From: Mobula hypostoma
Taxonomy: Eukaryota
Length of the DNA: 64,000 nt
Direction of reading: 5' to 3'
Assembly (NCBI RefSeq): GCF_963921235.1
Contig: NC_086097.1
Coordinates: 100,938,001-101,002,000 of the forward strand
Shown one piece after another: positions 24,100-35,954 of the stretch (position 1 is the first letter of the stretch; each line of letters begins with the position of its first letter). The position numbers were made by a program, and so were the translations under genes. Under the pieces are notes generated by a model. It saw only the letters and a program-made list of their open reading frames with translations, ran no database searches and was not told the DNA's origin.

Positions 24100-25290
24100 C
24101 TGGGGGGAGGTGAGTGTTGTAGTTGGGATACAGCGGCAGATAGAAGAAAATGAAGGTAGACAAAGAAGAAAAAAAAATGATAAAATGAGAGGCAGATGAA
24201 GGTAGAGGAGAGCAAAGATTGGAGGCAACTGCTTGAAGATAATAAGCAGGGACTCAAAGGCTGTGAGAATCTAGAGTCTGATAAATAAAGGAGGTGACTA
24301 TGGGAACTAGTAAAGGAGAGATGAATAACAGGCAGAACCACAACCAAATGAGAGAGTGGCAGAGGAGGGAAAGGGGAAACTTGGAAGTGAACTGTGAGTA
24401 TGTAGTGGGTGAATGGAACCAGGACGGGGTCAAAACTTGGAGAACAGGAGGGGAATCAGAATGGGTGGGGAAACAACCAGAGGGGAGGATTACCCAAAAT
24501 CAGAAAAGTCACTCTTCATACCACTGGATTGAAGACTACCCAGATGGAGTACAGTACCACATGTTGTTCCCTGAGTTTGTGTTGGACTCATTTTAGCAGT
24601 GGAGAAAGCAGTTGATCTGGGAATTGGAAGGAGAATTGAAAATGGCATGCAACTTGGTGGCTCGGGATGGCCATTGAATACAGGCCATAGCTGTAAGATG
24701 GTCAGCCAGTTTGTGGATGGTATCACTGAAGTAGAGGAGAGCCTATCAGAAGCACTGAGTGCAGCAGACAGGGTTGACGGAGGTTCACGTGAATCCTCAT
24801 CCCACCGGGAAGTGCTATTTAGATCTCTGGATGACAGTAAGGGAGGAGCTGCAGGAACAACTATTAGACCTCCTGTAACTTCAGGGGAAAGCTCTAGGGA
24901 CCAGGGAGGAGTGAATAGAAGGGATGAGCAGACCAGAGTCACAGAGGGAATAGTCCCTTCAGCAGGCAGAACGGGATAGGAAGGAGAAGGTGTGGTTTGT
25001 GATGGGATCTCGCTACAACTAGTTAAAATAATGATGCTTAATGCAGAGGCTCATAGGTTGAAAGGTGAGGACTAGGAAATCTCTATCCTTGTTCTCTCTA
25101 GAAAGAAATGGCGTGAGAGAAGTACAAAAAACAAAGGGCATGCCAGAGCACACTTCATCAACCACAGCGGAAAGGAAATCATATTTCATGAAAGAGGACA
25201 TTTCAGATGCTCTGAAAAAGATGGCCTCACCTTGACAGCAGATACGGTAGAAATGAAAAAAACTGGAAGAAAGGAATAGCTTCCCCTAGC
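24100..25290 (-). mobile_element. Old degenerate Penelope-like element
   Basis: Colinear similarity to 28560-29650 (e.g. GACTACCCAGATGGA..TGTTGTTCC; GAAAGAGGACAT). Confidence 0.65.
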
Positions 25291-25484
25291 AAGGTGGCTT
25301 CTCTTCAAGCTCTCTATTCCTGCTGTCATTCATACTGAAAACCACATGCAACCAAAATTCTTAATCGCTTAATTGATGATAAAGGTAATATTCTTCCTCA
25401 ACCTTTACTCAAAAGGAGAAGAAGAACACAAGTAGAAAACTACATGTCAGTTAGTGTTTCCATCTGTCATAACGAGAATGTTGG

Positions 25485-25702
25485 ACACTACCTCACTTCT
25501 TTAAAATATACAGTATTTATGTTTTTGCACATTTTTAATAACCTATTCAATAAATATAATTGATTTACTTATTTATTATCATGTTTTATTTTATTTATTT
25601 TTTTTATATCTCTCTGCTGATTATGTATTGCATTGAACTGTTGCTGCTAAGTTAACAAATTTCACGTCACATGTCGGTGAAAATAAACCTGATTCTGATT
25701 CT
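25485..25702 (+). mobile_element. Isolated LINE 3' UTR
   Basis: T-rich tract ending AATAAACCTGATTCTGATTCT (polyA signal plus tandem tail). Confidence 0.6.
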
Positions 25703-25719
25703 TAGAGATTTAAAGTGAT

Positions 25720-26957
25720 AGATCGTGTTTAACGAATCTTGTAGAGTTTTTTGAGAAGGTTACTGAGAAAGTAGATGAAGGAAAGGCTGTGGATGCTGTC
25801 TACATGGACTTTAGTAAGGCCTTTGACAAGGTCCCATATGGGAGGTTAGTTCAGAAGGTTCAGACACTAGGTATCCATGGAGAGGTTGTAAACTGGATTC
25901 GAAATTGGCTGTGTGGGAGAAGACAGGGACTGGTAGTGGATGGTTGCTTCTCAGACTGGAGGCCTGTGACTAGTGCTGTGCCTCAGGGATCTGTGCTGGG
26001 ACCATTGTTGTTTTTTGTCTATATCAATGATCTAGATGATAATGTGCTGAATTGGATCAGCAAGTTTGCTGATGACACTAAGATTGGAAGTAAAGCTTGC
26101 AGAGGGATCTGGACCAACTGGAAAAATGGGCCAGAAAATGGCAGTTGGAATTTAACGCAGACAAGTGTGAGGTGTTGCATTTTGGAAGGACAAATCAAGG
26201 TAGGACATACACAATAAACGGTAGGGCACTGAGGAGTGTGGAGGAACAAAGGGATCTGGGAGTTCAGATACATAATTCCCTGAAAGTGGCATCACAGGTA
26301 GACAGCGTTGTAAAGTAGGCTTTTGGCATCCTGGCATTCATAAATCAAAGTATTGAGAATAGGAGTTGGGATGTTATGGTGAAGTTGTATAAGACGTTGG
26401 TGAGGCCAAATTTGGAGTATTGTGTGCAGTTCTGGTCACCTAACTATAGGAAGGATATCAGTAAGACTGAAAGAGTGCAGAGAAGATTTACTAGGATGTT
26501 GCCGGATCTTCAGGAGTTGAGTTACAGGGAAAGATTGAACAGGTTAGGACTTTATTCCTTGGAGTGTAGAAGAATGAGGGGGGATTTGATAGAGGTTTAC
26601 AAAATTATGAGGGGTATAGACAGAGTAAATGTGAGTAGGCTCTTTCCACTTAGATTAGGAGAGATAAATACGAGAGGACATGGCTTTAGGGTGAAAGGGG
26701 AAAGGTTTAGGGGGAACTTCTTCACCCAGATAGTGGTGGAGAAGACAGAAGATAGAGTGTGGAACGAGTTGCCATCTGACGTGGTAAATGCAGGCTCGCT
26801 CTTAAGTTTTAAGAATAAATTGGATAGATACATGGATGGTAGAGGTCTGGAGGGTTATGGGCTGGGTGCAGGTCAATGGACTAGTGGAATAAAGTATCGG
26901 CACAGACTAGAAGGGCCGAATGCCCTGTTTTCTGTGCTGTAGTGTTCTATGGTTCTA
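25720..26957 (+). mobile_element. CR1-type LINE, 5'-truncated RT/3' end
   Basis: [35 protein letters not shown]; tail GTTCTATGGTTCTA. Confidence 0.92.
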
Positions 26958-28410
26958 AAGCATGGCACTTAGAAAAAAATCAAGCCAATTAGGATGGTTT
27001 TATGCATGGGAAACTATATTTGACAAATTTATTGGAGTTTCATGAAGGAGTAATGTGTACTGTAGATAAAGTGGTGGATATACTTCAAGTTATTTGATAA
27101 GAAGTCACATCAAAAGTTGTTTTGGAAAATAAAACCTCATGGAAACAAATTATATATCAATGGGTAGACAGAGTTATTAGATGTTGATCTGTTTTGTAGG
27201 CGTATTAAACGGCTGAGATTTCATGGTTCGGCTTCAACTTCTACACTGGTAATCAATTGTTCAAAGTATTGACTAATATTGTAATAAAACTAGCACTAAT
27301 GTATTTTTAAAAATTTGTTACCAGTTTCTTGATATTAAAACAACTATGACCCATCAGATGATATAATTACAGTTAGGATGTTTGGCAACTAAGGTTTGCA
27401 TTTTGGAGGGTAATCCAGTAAAGCTGCGTTATCAGTTCAAAATGTTCTGTCTCCTTGGTTAGCATACTGAACTGGGTAGTGAAAGTCCATGGAATAGTGG
27501 CATGAAGACCCACAGAAAACTGCACAATTGTTGGAGCTTAAATCTCACGAGTTAATCAAAACAGCAAAACAAGTTCCACTTGTGCTGACTCTATTTCCTG
27601 TGTACCTTAGAGACATTTAAACAGCTCAATGTAGCAGCACAGTTGTCAAGTACTGCACTGACATTCATGAGATCAACAGCCTACCCTGGACATTTTTGAC
27701 ATGCCTAATTTGATTACTGCTTCGTTACAACGTCTTAGATTATAAATCTTAAATACTAACTTTATTTGGCACGTGCACATTGAAACAAACAATAAAGTGT
27801 GTCGCTTGCATCAACGACTAACAGTCCGAGGATGTGCTGAGGCAGCCTGCAAGTGTCTCCCTACTTCTAGCACTAACATAGCAATAAAATCACAATAAAA
27901 GCTGTGAATAAAGTAGTCAATAACAACAGGGCACTGTGCTGATCTAACTACTTTCTAGGCCAATGGTTTATTTATTAAACATGCTTTCATTTGGGAGTGT
28001 AGATAACATTAATACAAAGTTCAAATATGTGCTCAAAGGCAAGTACTTTCACTGATATAATAACTCTGACTAACTGTAATTGGAGCCAAATGAAGGGCTG
28101 TAAAGGACATTATTAAACACAAAGTCAGTGAATAATTTCCAGAATGTGGCAGGCAGCCACATTACAATTCCAGTACTGATATTACTTTACAAGGAGAAAA
28201 CATGCATATTTCTGCCTTCTCACAGTGAACAATTATATAAATGGTACAGTAAAAATAAATTTTCTATTTCCAAAATCATTAGCTAATTTCCTTAAAATAA
28301 CAAGCACAAGTCAGTAATACAAAGGAATACACTCCATTTGCTTGGATCAATGTCGTCTCAACAGTACTCAAAAAGCTCTACCCTCCAAGAAAAAGCAGCT
28401 TGTTGATTAG

Positions 28411-30422
28411 CAACACGCATCAAAGTTGCTGGTGAACGCAGCAGGCCAGGCAGCATCTCTAGGAAGAGGTACAGTCGACGTTTCAGGCCGAGACCCTTCG
28501 TCAGGACTAACTGAAGGAAGAGTTAGTAAGAGATTTGAAAGTGGGAGAGGGAGGGGGAGATCCGAAATGATAGGAGAAGACAGGAGGGGGAGGGATGGAG
28601 CCAAGAGCTGGACAGGTGATTGGCAAAAGGGATTTAAGAGGATCATGGGACAGGAGGCCTAGGGAGAAAGAAAAGGGGAGGGGGGTTGAAAACCCAGAGG
28701 ATGGGCAAGGGGTATAGTGAGAGGGACAGAGGGAGAAAAAGGAGAGAGAGAAAAAGATGTGTGTATATAAATAAATAACAGATGGGGTACGAGGGGGAGG
28801 TGGGGCATTAGCGGAAATTTGAGAAGGCAATGTTCATGCCATCAGGTTGGAGGCTACCCAGATGGAATATAAGGTGTTGTTCCTCCAACCTGAGTGTGGC
28901 TTCATCTTTACAGTAGAGGAGGCCGTGAATAGACATATCAGAATGGGAATGGGACGTGGAATTAAAATGTGTGGCCACTGGGAGATCCTGCTTTCTCTGG
29001 CGGACAGAGTGTAGGTGTTCAGCGAAATGATCTCCCAGTCTGCGTCGGGTCTCGCCAATATACAGAAGGCCACATCGGGAGCACTGGGCGCAGTATATCA
29101 CCCCAGCCGACTCACAGGTGAAGTGTCGCCTCACCTGGAAGGACTGTCTGGGGCCCTGAATGGTGGTGTGGGAGGAAGTGTAAGGGCATGTGTAGCACTT
29201 GTTCCGCTTACAAGGATAAGTGCCAGGAGGGAGATTGGTGGGGAGGGATGGGGGGGGGAAACGAATGGACAAGGGAGTCACGTAGGGAGCGATCCCTGCT
29301 GAAAGCGGGGGGGGGAAGGGAAAGGTGTGCTTAATGCTGGGATCCCGTTGGAGGTGGGGGAAGTTACGGAGAATAATATGTTGGACCCGGAGGCTGGTGG
29401 GGTAGTAGGTGAGGACAAGGGGAACCCTATTCCTAAGTGGGGTGGCGGGAGGATGGAGTGAAAGCAGATGTGCGTGAAATGGGGGAGATGCATTTGAGAG
29501 CAGAGTTGATGGTGGAGGAAGGAAAGCCCCTTTCTTTAAAAAAGGAGGACATATCCCTCGTCCTGGAATGAAAAGCCTCATCCTGAGAGCAGATGCGGCG
29601 GAGACGGAGGAATTGCGAGAAAGGGATGGTATTTTTGCAAGAGACAGGGTGAGAAGAGAAATAGTCCAGATAGCTGGGAGAGTCAGTAGGCTTATAGTAG
29701 ACATCAGTAGATAAGCTGTCTCCAGAGATAGAGACAGAAAGATCTAGAAAGGGGAGGGAGGTACGTTCTGTCCTCGCCAGAGAACACCTACGCTCTGTCC
29801 GCCAGAGAAAGCAGGATCTCCCAGTGGCCACACATTTTAATTCCACGTCCCATTCCCATTCTGATATGTCTATTCACGGCCTCCTCTACTGTAAAGATGA
29901 AGCCACACTCAGGCTGGAGGAACAACACCTTATATTCTGTCTGGGTAGCCTCCAACCTGATGGCATGAACATTGACTTCTCAATGTCCGCTAATACCCCA
30001 CCTCCCCCTTGTACCCCATCCGTTATTTATTTATATACACACATTCTTTTTCTCTCTCTCCTTTTTCTCCCTCTGTCCCTCTCACTATACCCCTTGCCAT
30101 CCTCTGGGTTTTCCCCCCCTCCCCCTTTTCTTTCTCCCTGGGCCTCCTGTCCCATGATCCTCTCATATCCCCTTTGCCAATCAACTGTCCAGCTCTTGGC
30201 TCCATCCCTCCCCCTCCTGTCTTCTACTTTCGTTTTGGATCTGCCCCTCCCCCTCTCAAATCTCTAAGTAGCTCTTCTTTCAGTTAGTCCTGACAAAAGG
30301 TCTCGGCCCGAAATGTCAACTGTACCTCTTCCTAGAGATGCTGCCTGGCCTGCTGCGTTCACCAGCAACTTTGATGTGTGTTGCTTGAATTTCCAGCATC
30401 TGCAGAATTCCTCGTGTTTGCA
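28411..30422. mobile_element. Penelope-like element in inverted configuration (minus arm 28411-29760, plus arm 29761-30422)
   Basis: RT C-terminus (LPFLDLSV..DVYYKPTD..SSHP..IPFSQFLRLRRIC) and GIY-YIG endonuclease (VIYCAQCSRCGLLYIGET..F.EH..VATHF..PDGMN); direct repeat TTGTTGATTAGCAAC at 28400-28414 and 30423-30437. Confidence 0.93.
28473..28508 (-). ncRNA. Minimal type I hammerhead ribozyme motif in the Penelope terminus
   Basis: Minus strand reads AGTC-CTGACGA-AGG GTCTCGG CCT-GAAA-CGTC-GACT: CUGANGA and GAAA cores, stem I AGUC/GACU, stem II AGG/CCU, GUC cleavage triplet. Confidence 0.75.
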
Positions 30423-30460
30423 TTGTTGATTAGCAACCTAGCCACTACCCTAAACATTCA

Positions 30461-30680
30461 CAAGGAAATCTGCAGATCCTGGAAATTCAAGCAACACACA
30501 CAAAATGCTGGTGGAATGCAGCAGGCCAGGCAGCATGCATTGGGAGAGGTACAGTTGACGTTTCAGGCTGAGACCCTTTGTCAGGACTAGTCCTGACAAA
30601 GGGTCTCAGCCCAAAACATCAACTGTACCTCTTCCAATAGATGCTGCCTGGCCTGCTGCGTGCCACCAGCATTTTGTGGG
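30461..30680. mobile_element. Palindromic Penelope-terminus mini-element (220 bp)
   Basis: ~90-bp arms mirrored about GACT|AGTC (30588/30589); 14-bp TSD ACCCTAAACATTCA at 30447-30460 and 30681-30694. Confidence 0.88.
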
Positions 30681-31139
30681 ACCCTAAACATTCATCTGGA
30701 CCACTAACAGCACAAAAAGCTGCAGCATTTATAAAATGTATTTCAGTAATTTATCGAGGATACTCCAAGAGTACCTCTCAAATTCACAACTTCTACCAGA
30801 CAACAAGGCCTTTAAGCACATGGGAAAGTCATCAACCTATTATGAAATACAAAAGCATCCCTTCTAGTTCTAAATTCTGAAACACACCACCAACCACACT
30901 GTGCAGGTAACTTTCGCCAATACACTATAGAGGTTCAATGAGATGCTCATCACCATCTTCTCAAGGGTGATTAGTGGGCACTAAATGCTGGCCCTGCCAG
31001 AAATATTCAAATCCAAAAAAACTGAAATTAAAAAGAACATAACATTTCATGTTGCACTGGACAGGGTGCGGAGAAGATTACAAAGATGTTGCCAGAACCG
31101 GAAAATGAGCAAAATTTAGAAGGGTAAGATGTTTCTTTC

Positions 31140-32240
31140 CTAAGACCACAAGATACAGGAGCCAATTTAGGCCATCAACCTACACCACCAGTCAATTATG
31201 GATGATTTTCTCAAACCTATTCTCCTGCCTTCAATTCACAGCCCTTAACCCCCTTAACAATCAATCTCTACCTTAAATTTCCCAATAATTTCCTCCACAT
31301 CCATAAAACATGGGTGCAGAATTAAGTCATTTGGCCTATCGAGACTGCACCACCTATCAATCATGCTAATTTATTTTTCCTTTCAATCCCATTCTCTTGC
31401 CTTCTCCTGTAGCCTTTCATACCTTACTAATCAAGAATCTATCAACCACTGCTTTAAATACAACTCATGAGTTGGTCTCTGCAGCTGTCTGTGGCAATGT
31501 ATTCCACAGATTCACCATGTCAGGCTAAAAAAATTCTTCTTCTTCATCACTATTCTAAAAAGAACATCCTTCTATTGAGGCTGTCCCCTCTGGTTCTATA
31601 CTCTCCTGTTATTGGAAACATCCTCTCCATGCCCATTCTATCTATGCCTTTCAATAATCAGTAGGTTTCAATGAAATCCTACCCACCCCCCATTTTTCTG
31701 AACTCCAGCAAGTACAGGCTTAGAGCTATCATGTGCTCCTCATATATTAACCCTTTCGTTCCTCGATCATATTCATAAACTTCCTCTAGACTGTCTCCAA
31801 TGCCAGTGAACAATGTTTTAGCTCTGGAGCCCAAAGCTGCTCATAATACTCCAAATACAGTCTAACCAATGTCATATAAAGCCTCAGCATTACATTCCTA
31901 GTTTTATATTCTAGTTCTCTCAAAATGAATGCTAACAGTACATTTGCCTTCCTTACCACCGATTCAACCTACAAGTTAATCTTTAGGGGATCCTGCACTA
32001 AGACTCCCAGGTCACTTTGTACTTCCAATTTCTGAATTCTCTGTTTAGAAAATAGTCGACACCTTTATTCCTTCTACCACTGTGCATGACCAAACATCTC
32101 CCTACATTGTACTCCATCTGCTACTTTGCCCTAATTTATTTAAGTCCTCGTGTAGGCTTATTGTTTCCTCAACACTTCCTCCCCCTACCTTTTTTTGTAT
32201 TATCTGTAAACTTAGCCACAAAGCCATACATTCCATCATA
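31140..32240 (-). mobile_element. Stacked CR1 3' fragments, degenerate
   Basis: Two CR1-type tails (31140, ~31300) followed by ORF2 C-terminal homology. Confidence 0.75.
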
Positions 32241-33336
32241 AGACCATAAGACATAGGAGCAGAATTAGGCCATCTGGCCCATCGAGTCTGCTCCACCATT
32301 CAATGATGGCTGATCCTTTTTTTAAAATTTTCTCCTCAACCCCAGTTCCCGTCCTTCTCACCGTAACCTTTGATCCCATGTCCAATCAAGAACCTATCAA
32401 TCTCTGCCTTATATACACTTAATGACCTGGCCTCCACAGCTGCATGTGGCAACAAATGCCACAAATTCACCACCCTTTGGCTAAAGCAATTTCTGGAATC
32501 TCTGTTTTGAAAGGGCGCCCCTCTATACCGAGGCTGTGCCCTCTTGTCCTAGACTCTCCCACATGGGAAACATCCTTTCTACATCTGCTCTGTTTAGGCC
32601 TTTCAATATTCGAAAGGTTTCAGTGGGATCCCCCTTCATACTTCTGGATTCCAGCGAGTACAGACCCAGAGACATCAAATGTTCCTCTTATGATAACCCC
32701 TTCATTCCTGGAATCATCATTGTGAACATTCTCCGGACCCTCTCCAATGTCAGCACATCTTTTCTAAGATGAGGGGCCAAAACCGTTCACAATACTCAAG
32801 GTGAGGCCTCATCAGTGCCTTATAAAGCCTCAGAATCACATCCTTGCTCTTGTATTCTAGACTTCTTGAAATGAATGCTAACATGGCATTTGCCTTCCTC
32901 ATCACTCACTCAATCTGCAAGTTAACTTTCAGGGTGTTCTGTACAAGGACACCCACGTCCCTCTGCAGCTTATATTCACAAAAACATAGAAAATAGGTGC
33001 AGGAGTAGGCCATTCGGCCCTTCAAGCCTGCACCGCCATTCAGTACGATCATGGCTGATCATCCAACTCAGAACCCTGTACCTGCCTTCTCTCCATACCC
33101 CCTGTTCCCTTTAGCCACAAGGGCCATATCTAACTCCCTCTTAAATATAACCAATGAACTGGCCTCAACTGTCTCCTGTGGCAGAGAATTCCACAGATTC
33201 ACCACTCTCTGTGTGAAGAAGTTTTTCCTCATCTCAGTCCTAAAAGGCTTCCCCTTTATCCTCAAACTGTGACCCCTCGTTCGGAACTTCCCCAACATCG
33301 GGAACAATGTTCCTGCATCTAGCCTGTCCAATCCCT

Positions 33337-34292
33337 TGTGACAAGAATACACATAGATGTTAGCTGTCCTGTGTGATCAGCAGTTGGTCTGCCACCTGTC
33401 TTCGGGAGAGAGAGAGATAAGGAAGACAATGGAGCAGCATTTGGAGATGTGTAATGAAGGGACGGGAGAGAGAGCTGTCTAGAGCGGCTCCCCCTTTGAA
33501 CCCTGAACTGTTTGAAGTGATGGACAGGCGATTTGGAGATGTGTAATGAAGGGACGGGAGAGAGAGCTGTCTAGAGCGGCTCCCCCTTTGAACCCTGAAC
33601 TGTTTGAAGTGATGGACAGGCGATACCCCAGCAGGGGGATAAAAAGGGACAGGTTCGCTAAGGCAAGACACACACGACACCACGAGGTAACGAGACCCTG
33701 GAAGCGGTGCCCCCCCGCAAGTCGGTGGGAGTGGATTTGGAAGGCTGGTTGCGGAACCAAGCCATAGACGCACAGGGTGGAAAGGTACGATCAGTGGGAA
33801 CCCGGTGTGTGTCCACCCTTGCTTGGGTGCCGGGTTCACTGCAGAGGATCGACCGCATCTGGAGGAGGGGTCACAGTCGGTGACCTCAGGTGACATCACA
33901 AAGGACCCGCCCGAAAGCTGCTTGTGAGTAATATCGCCGGTCTGTGAGTGAAGCCGTTCTGAATGATCAGTCGTTCTTGTTCTCTCTCTCCTTCCCCCCA
34001 CATTGTCCATCGCCACGGCAACAATTACTGCGAACTGAACTAAATTGGACTGAACTTTGTGCCACTTTGAAATTGGTCATTTACCCCTAGACAACGATAG
34101 AGCTTGATTGATCCTGTTATCTTAATTCTGTGCACATGTGTGTTTATCATTGCTGAACTGTTGCATTTATTATCCTTTCGATTACTGTGTTGCTTGTTTC
34201 TTTAATAAAACTTTCTTAGATCTAGTAATCCAGACTCCAACTGAGTGATCCATTTCTGCTGGTTTGGCAACCCAGTTACGGGGTACGTAACA
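33337..34292 (+). mobile_element. Solo LTR (956 bp)
   Basis: TGTGAC...GTAACA ends; 4-bp TSD CCCT (33333-33336, 34293-34296) restores the CR1 sequence; TATA-like GATAAAA at ~33638 and AATAAA at ~34204. Confidence 0.9.
33439..33624 (+). repeat. 92-bp tandem duplication inside the solo LTR
   Basis: ATTTGGAGATGTGTAATG...GATGGACAGGCG occurs at 33439 and again at 33531. Confidence 0.95.
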
Positions 34293-35747
34293 CCCTTTAG
34301 AATTTTATACATTTCAATCAGATCTCCCCTCAATCTTCTAAATTCCAGAGAGTACAAGCCCAGTCAATCCAGTCTTTCATCATATGAAAGTCCTGCCATC
34401 CCAGGAATCAATCTGGTGAACCTTCTTTGTACTCCCTCTATGGCAAGAATGTCTTTCCTCAGATTAGGGGACCAAAACTGCACACGATACTCCAGGTGTG
34501 GTCTCACCAAGGCCTTGTACAACTGCAATAGTAGCTCCCTGCTCCTGTACTTGGATTTTCTCCCCATTTAGAAAATAGTCTGCACATTTATTCAAAGTGC
34601 ATGACCATGCATTTTCCAACATTGTATTTCATTTGCCACTCCCTTGCCCATTCTCCTAATCCGTCTAAGTCCTTCTGCATCCTACCTGTTTCCTCAACAC
34701 TACCTGCCCCTCCATCAATCTTCATATCATCTGCAAACTTGGCAACAAAGCCACCTATTCCAGCATCTAAATCATTTATATAAAGCACAAAAAAAAGTGG
34801 TCCCAACACCAACCCCTGCGGAACACCACTAGTCACTGGCAGCCAAACAAAAAAGGATCCTTTTATTCCCACTCTCTGCCTCCTACCAATCAGCCAATGC
34901 TCTAACCATGTTAGTAACTTTCCTGTAATACCATGGGCAGCCTCATGTGTGGCACCTTGTTAAGGGCCTTCTGAAAGTCCAAATATACATCATCTTCTAC
35001 ATCTCCTTTATCTATCCTACTTATAGTCTCCTCAAAACATTCCAACAGGTTTGTCAGGCAAGATTTTCCCTTAAGGAAACCATGCTTACGTTGCCCTATC
35101 TTGTTCTGTGTCACCAACTACTCCATAATCTCATCCTTAACAATTGACCCTAACATCTTCCCAACTACCAAGGTCAGGCTAACTGGTCTATAATTTTCTT
35201 TCTGCTGCCTTCCTCCTTTCTTAACGAGTGGAGTGACATTTACAATTTTCAGGTCCTCTGGCACCATTTTTAAAAGATCATTTCTGATGTCACAACCATC
35301 TCAACCGCTAGCTCTTTCAGAACCCGAGGGTGCAGTTCCTCTGATCTGGGTGACTTATGTACCTTTAGGTCTTTCAGCATTTGTAATAGTAACTGCACCC
35401 ACTTCTCTTCCTTCACACACTACATCAGGCATACTGCTAGTCTTCCACAGTGAAGACTGACGCAAAACCTTATTTAGTTCATTAGCTATCTCCTTGTCCC
35501 TTGTTATTTCTCCAGAACATTAATATATAACTTGAAAAGTATCGAACATGATACCAAGCCCTGTCAGTGACCCATAAGACCATAAGATTTAGGGGTAGAA
35601 TTAGGCTATTTGGCCCATCGAGTCTGCTTCATCATTTCATCATGGCTTATCCAATTTTTCTCTCAAATCTCTGCCTTCTTCCTGTATCTCTTCCTGCCTT
35701 GACCAATCAATAATCTATCAACGTTTGCCTTAAATATACATAAGGAC

Positions 35748-35790
35748 ATATACATATATCTATACATATATTATATATATATATATATAT
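35748..35790. repeat. Imperfect (TA)n microsatellite
   Basis: Directly visible. Confidence 0.9.
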
Positions 35791-35954
35791 TCATAGGAAA
35801 CAACCACTCTGTCAAGACCTTTCACCATTCAATAGGTTACAATGAGGTCACCAAATCCAAATAGATAAGGACTCTTTATTCCCACTCTTTGCCAATCAGC
35901 CAATGCTGTGTCCATGATAGTATCTTTCCTGTAGCACTAGAATCTTATCTATTG

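Larger units (their letters stand above)
32235..35515 (-). mobile_element. CR1 LINE (32235-32970 + 34551-35515) interrupted by a second CR1 3' fragment (32983-34550)
   Basis: CCATAAGACCATAAGACATAGG tail; sequence resumes colinearly at 34551; ORFs at 33068, 34364, 34588 and 34911. Confidence 0.85.

Noticed and set aside
27150..28300. Largest low-repeat stretch as a possible exon or conserved element
   Set aside because: No long ORF, convincing splice pair or recognisable RNA motif; cannot be supported without cross-species alignment.
33360..34016. 218-aa ORF with an internal repeat
   Set aside because: Lies wholly in a solo LTR; the repeat is the 92-bp tandem duplication and there is no protein signature.
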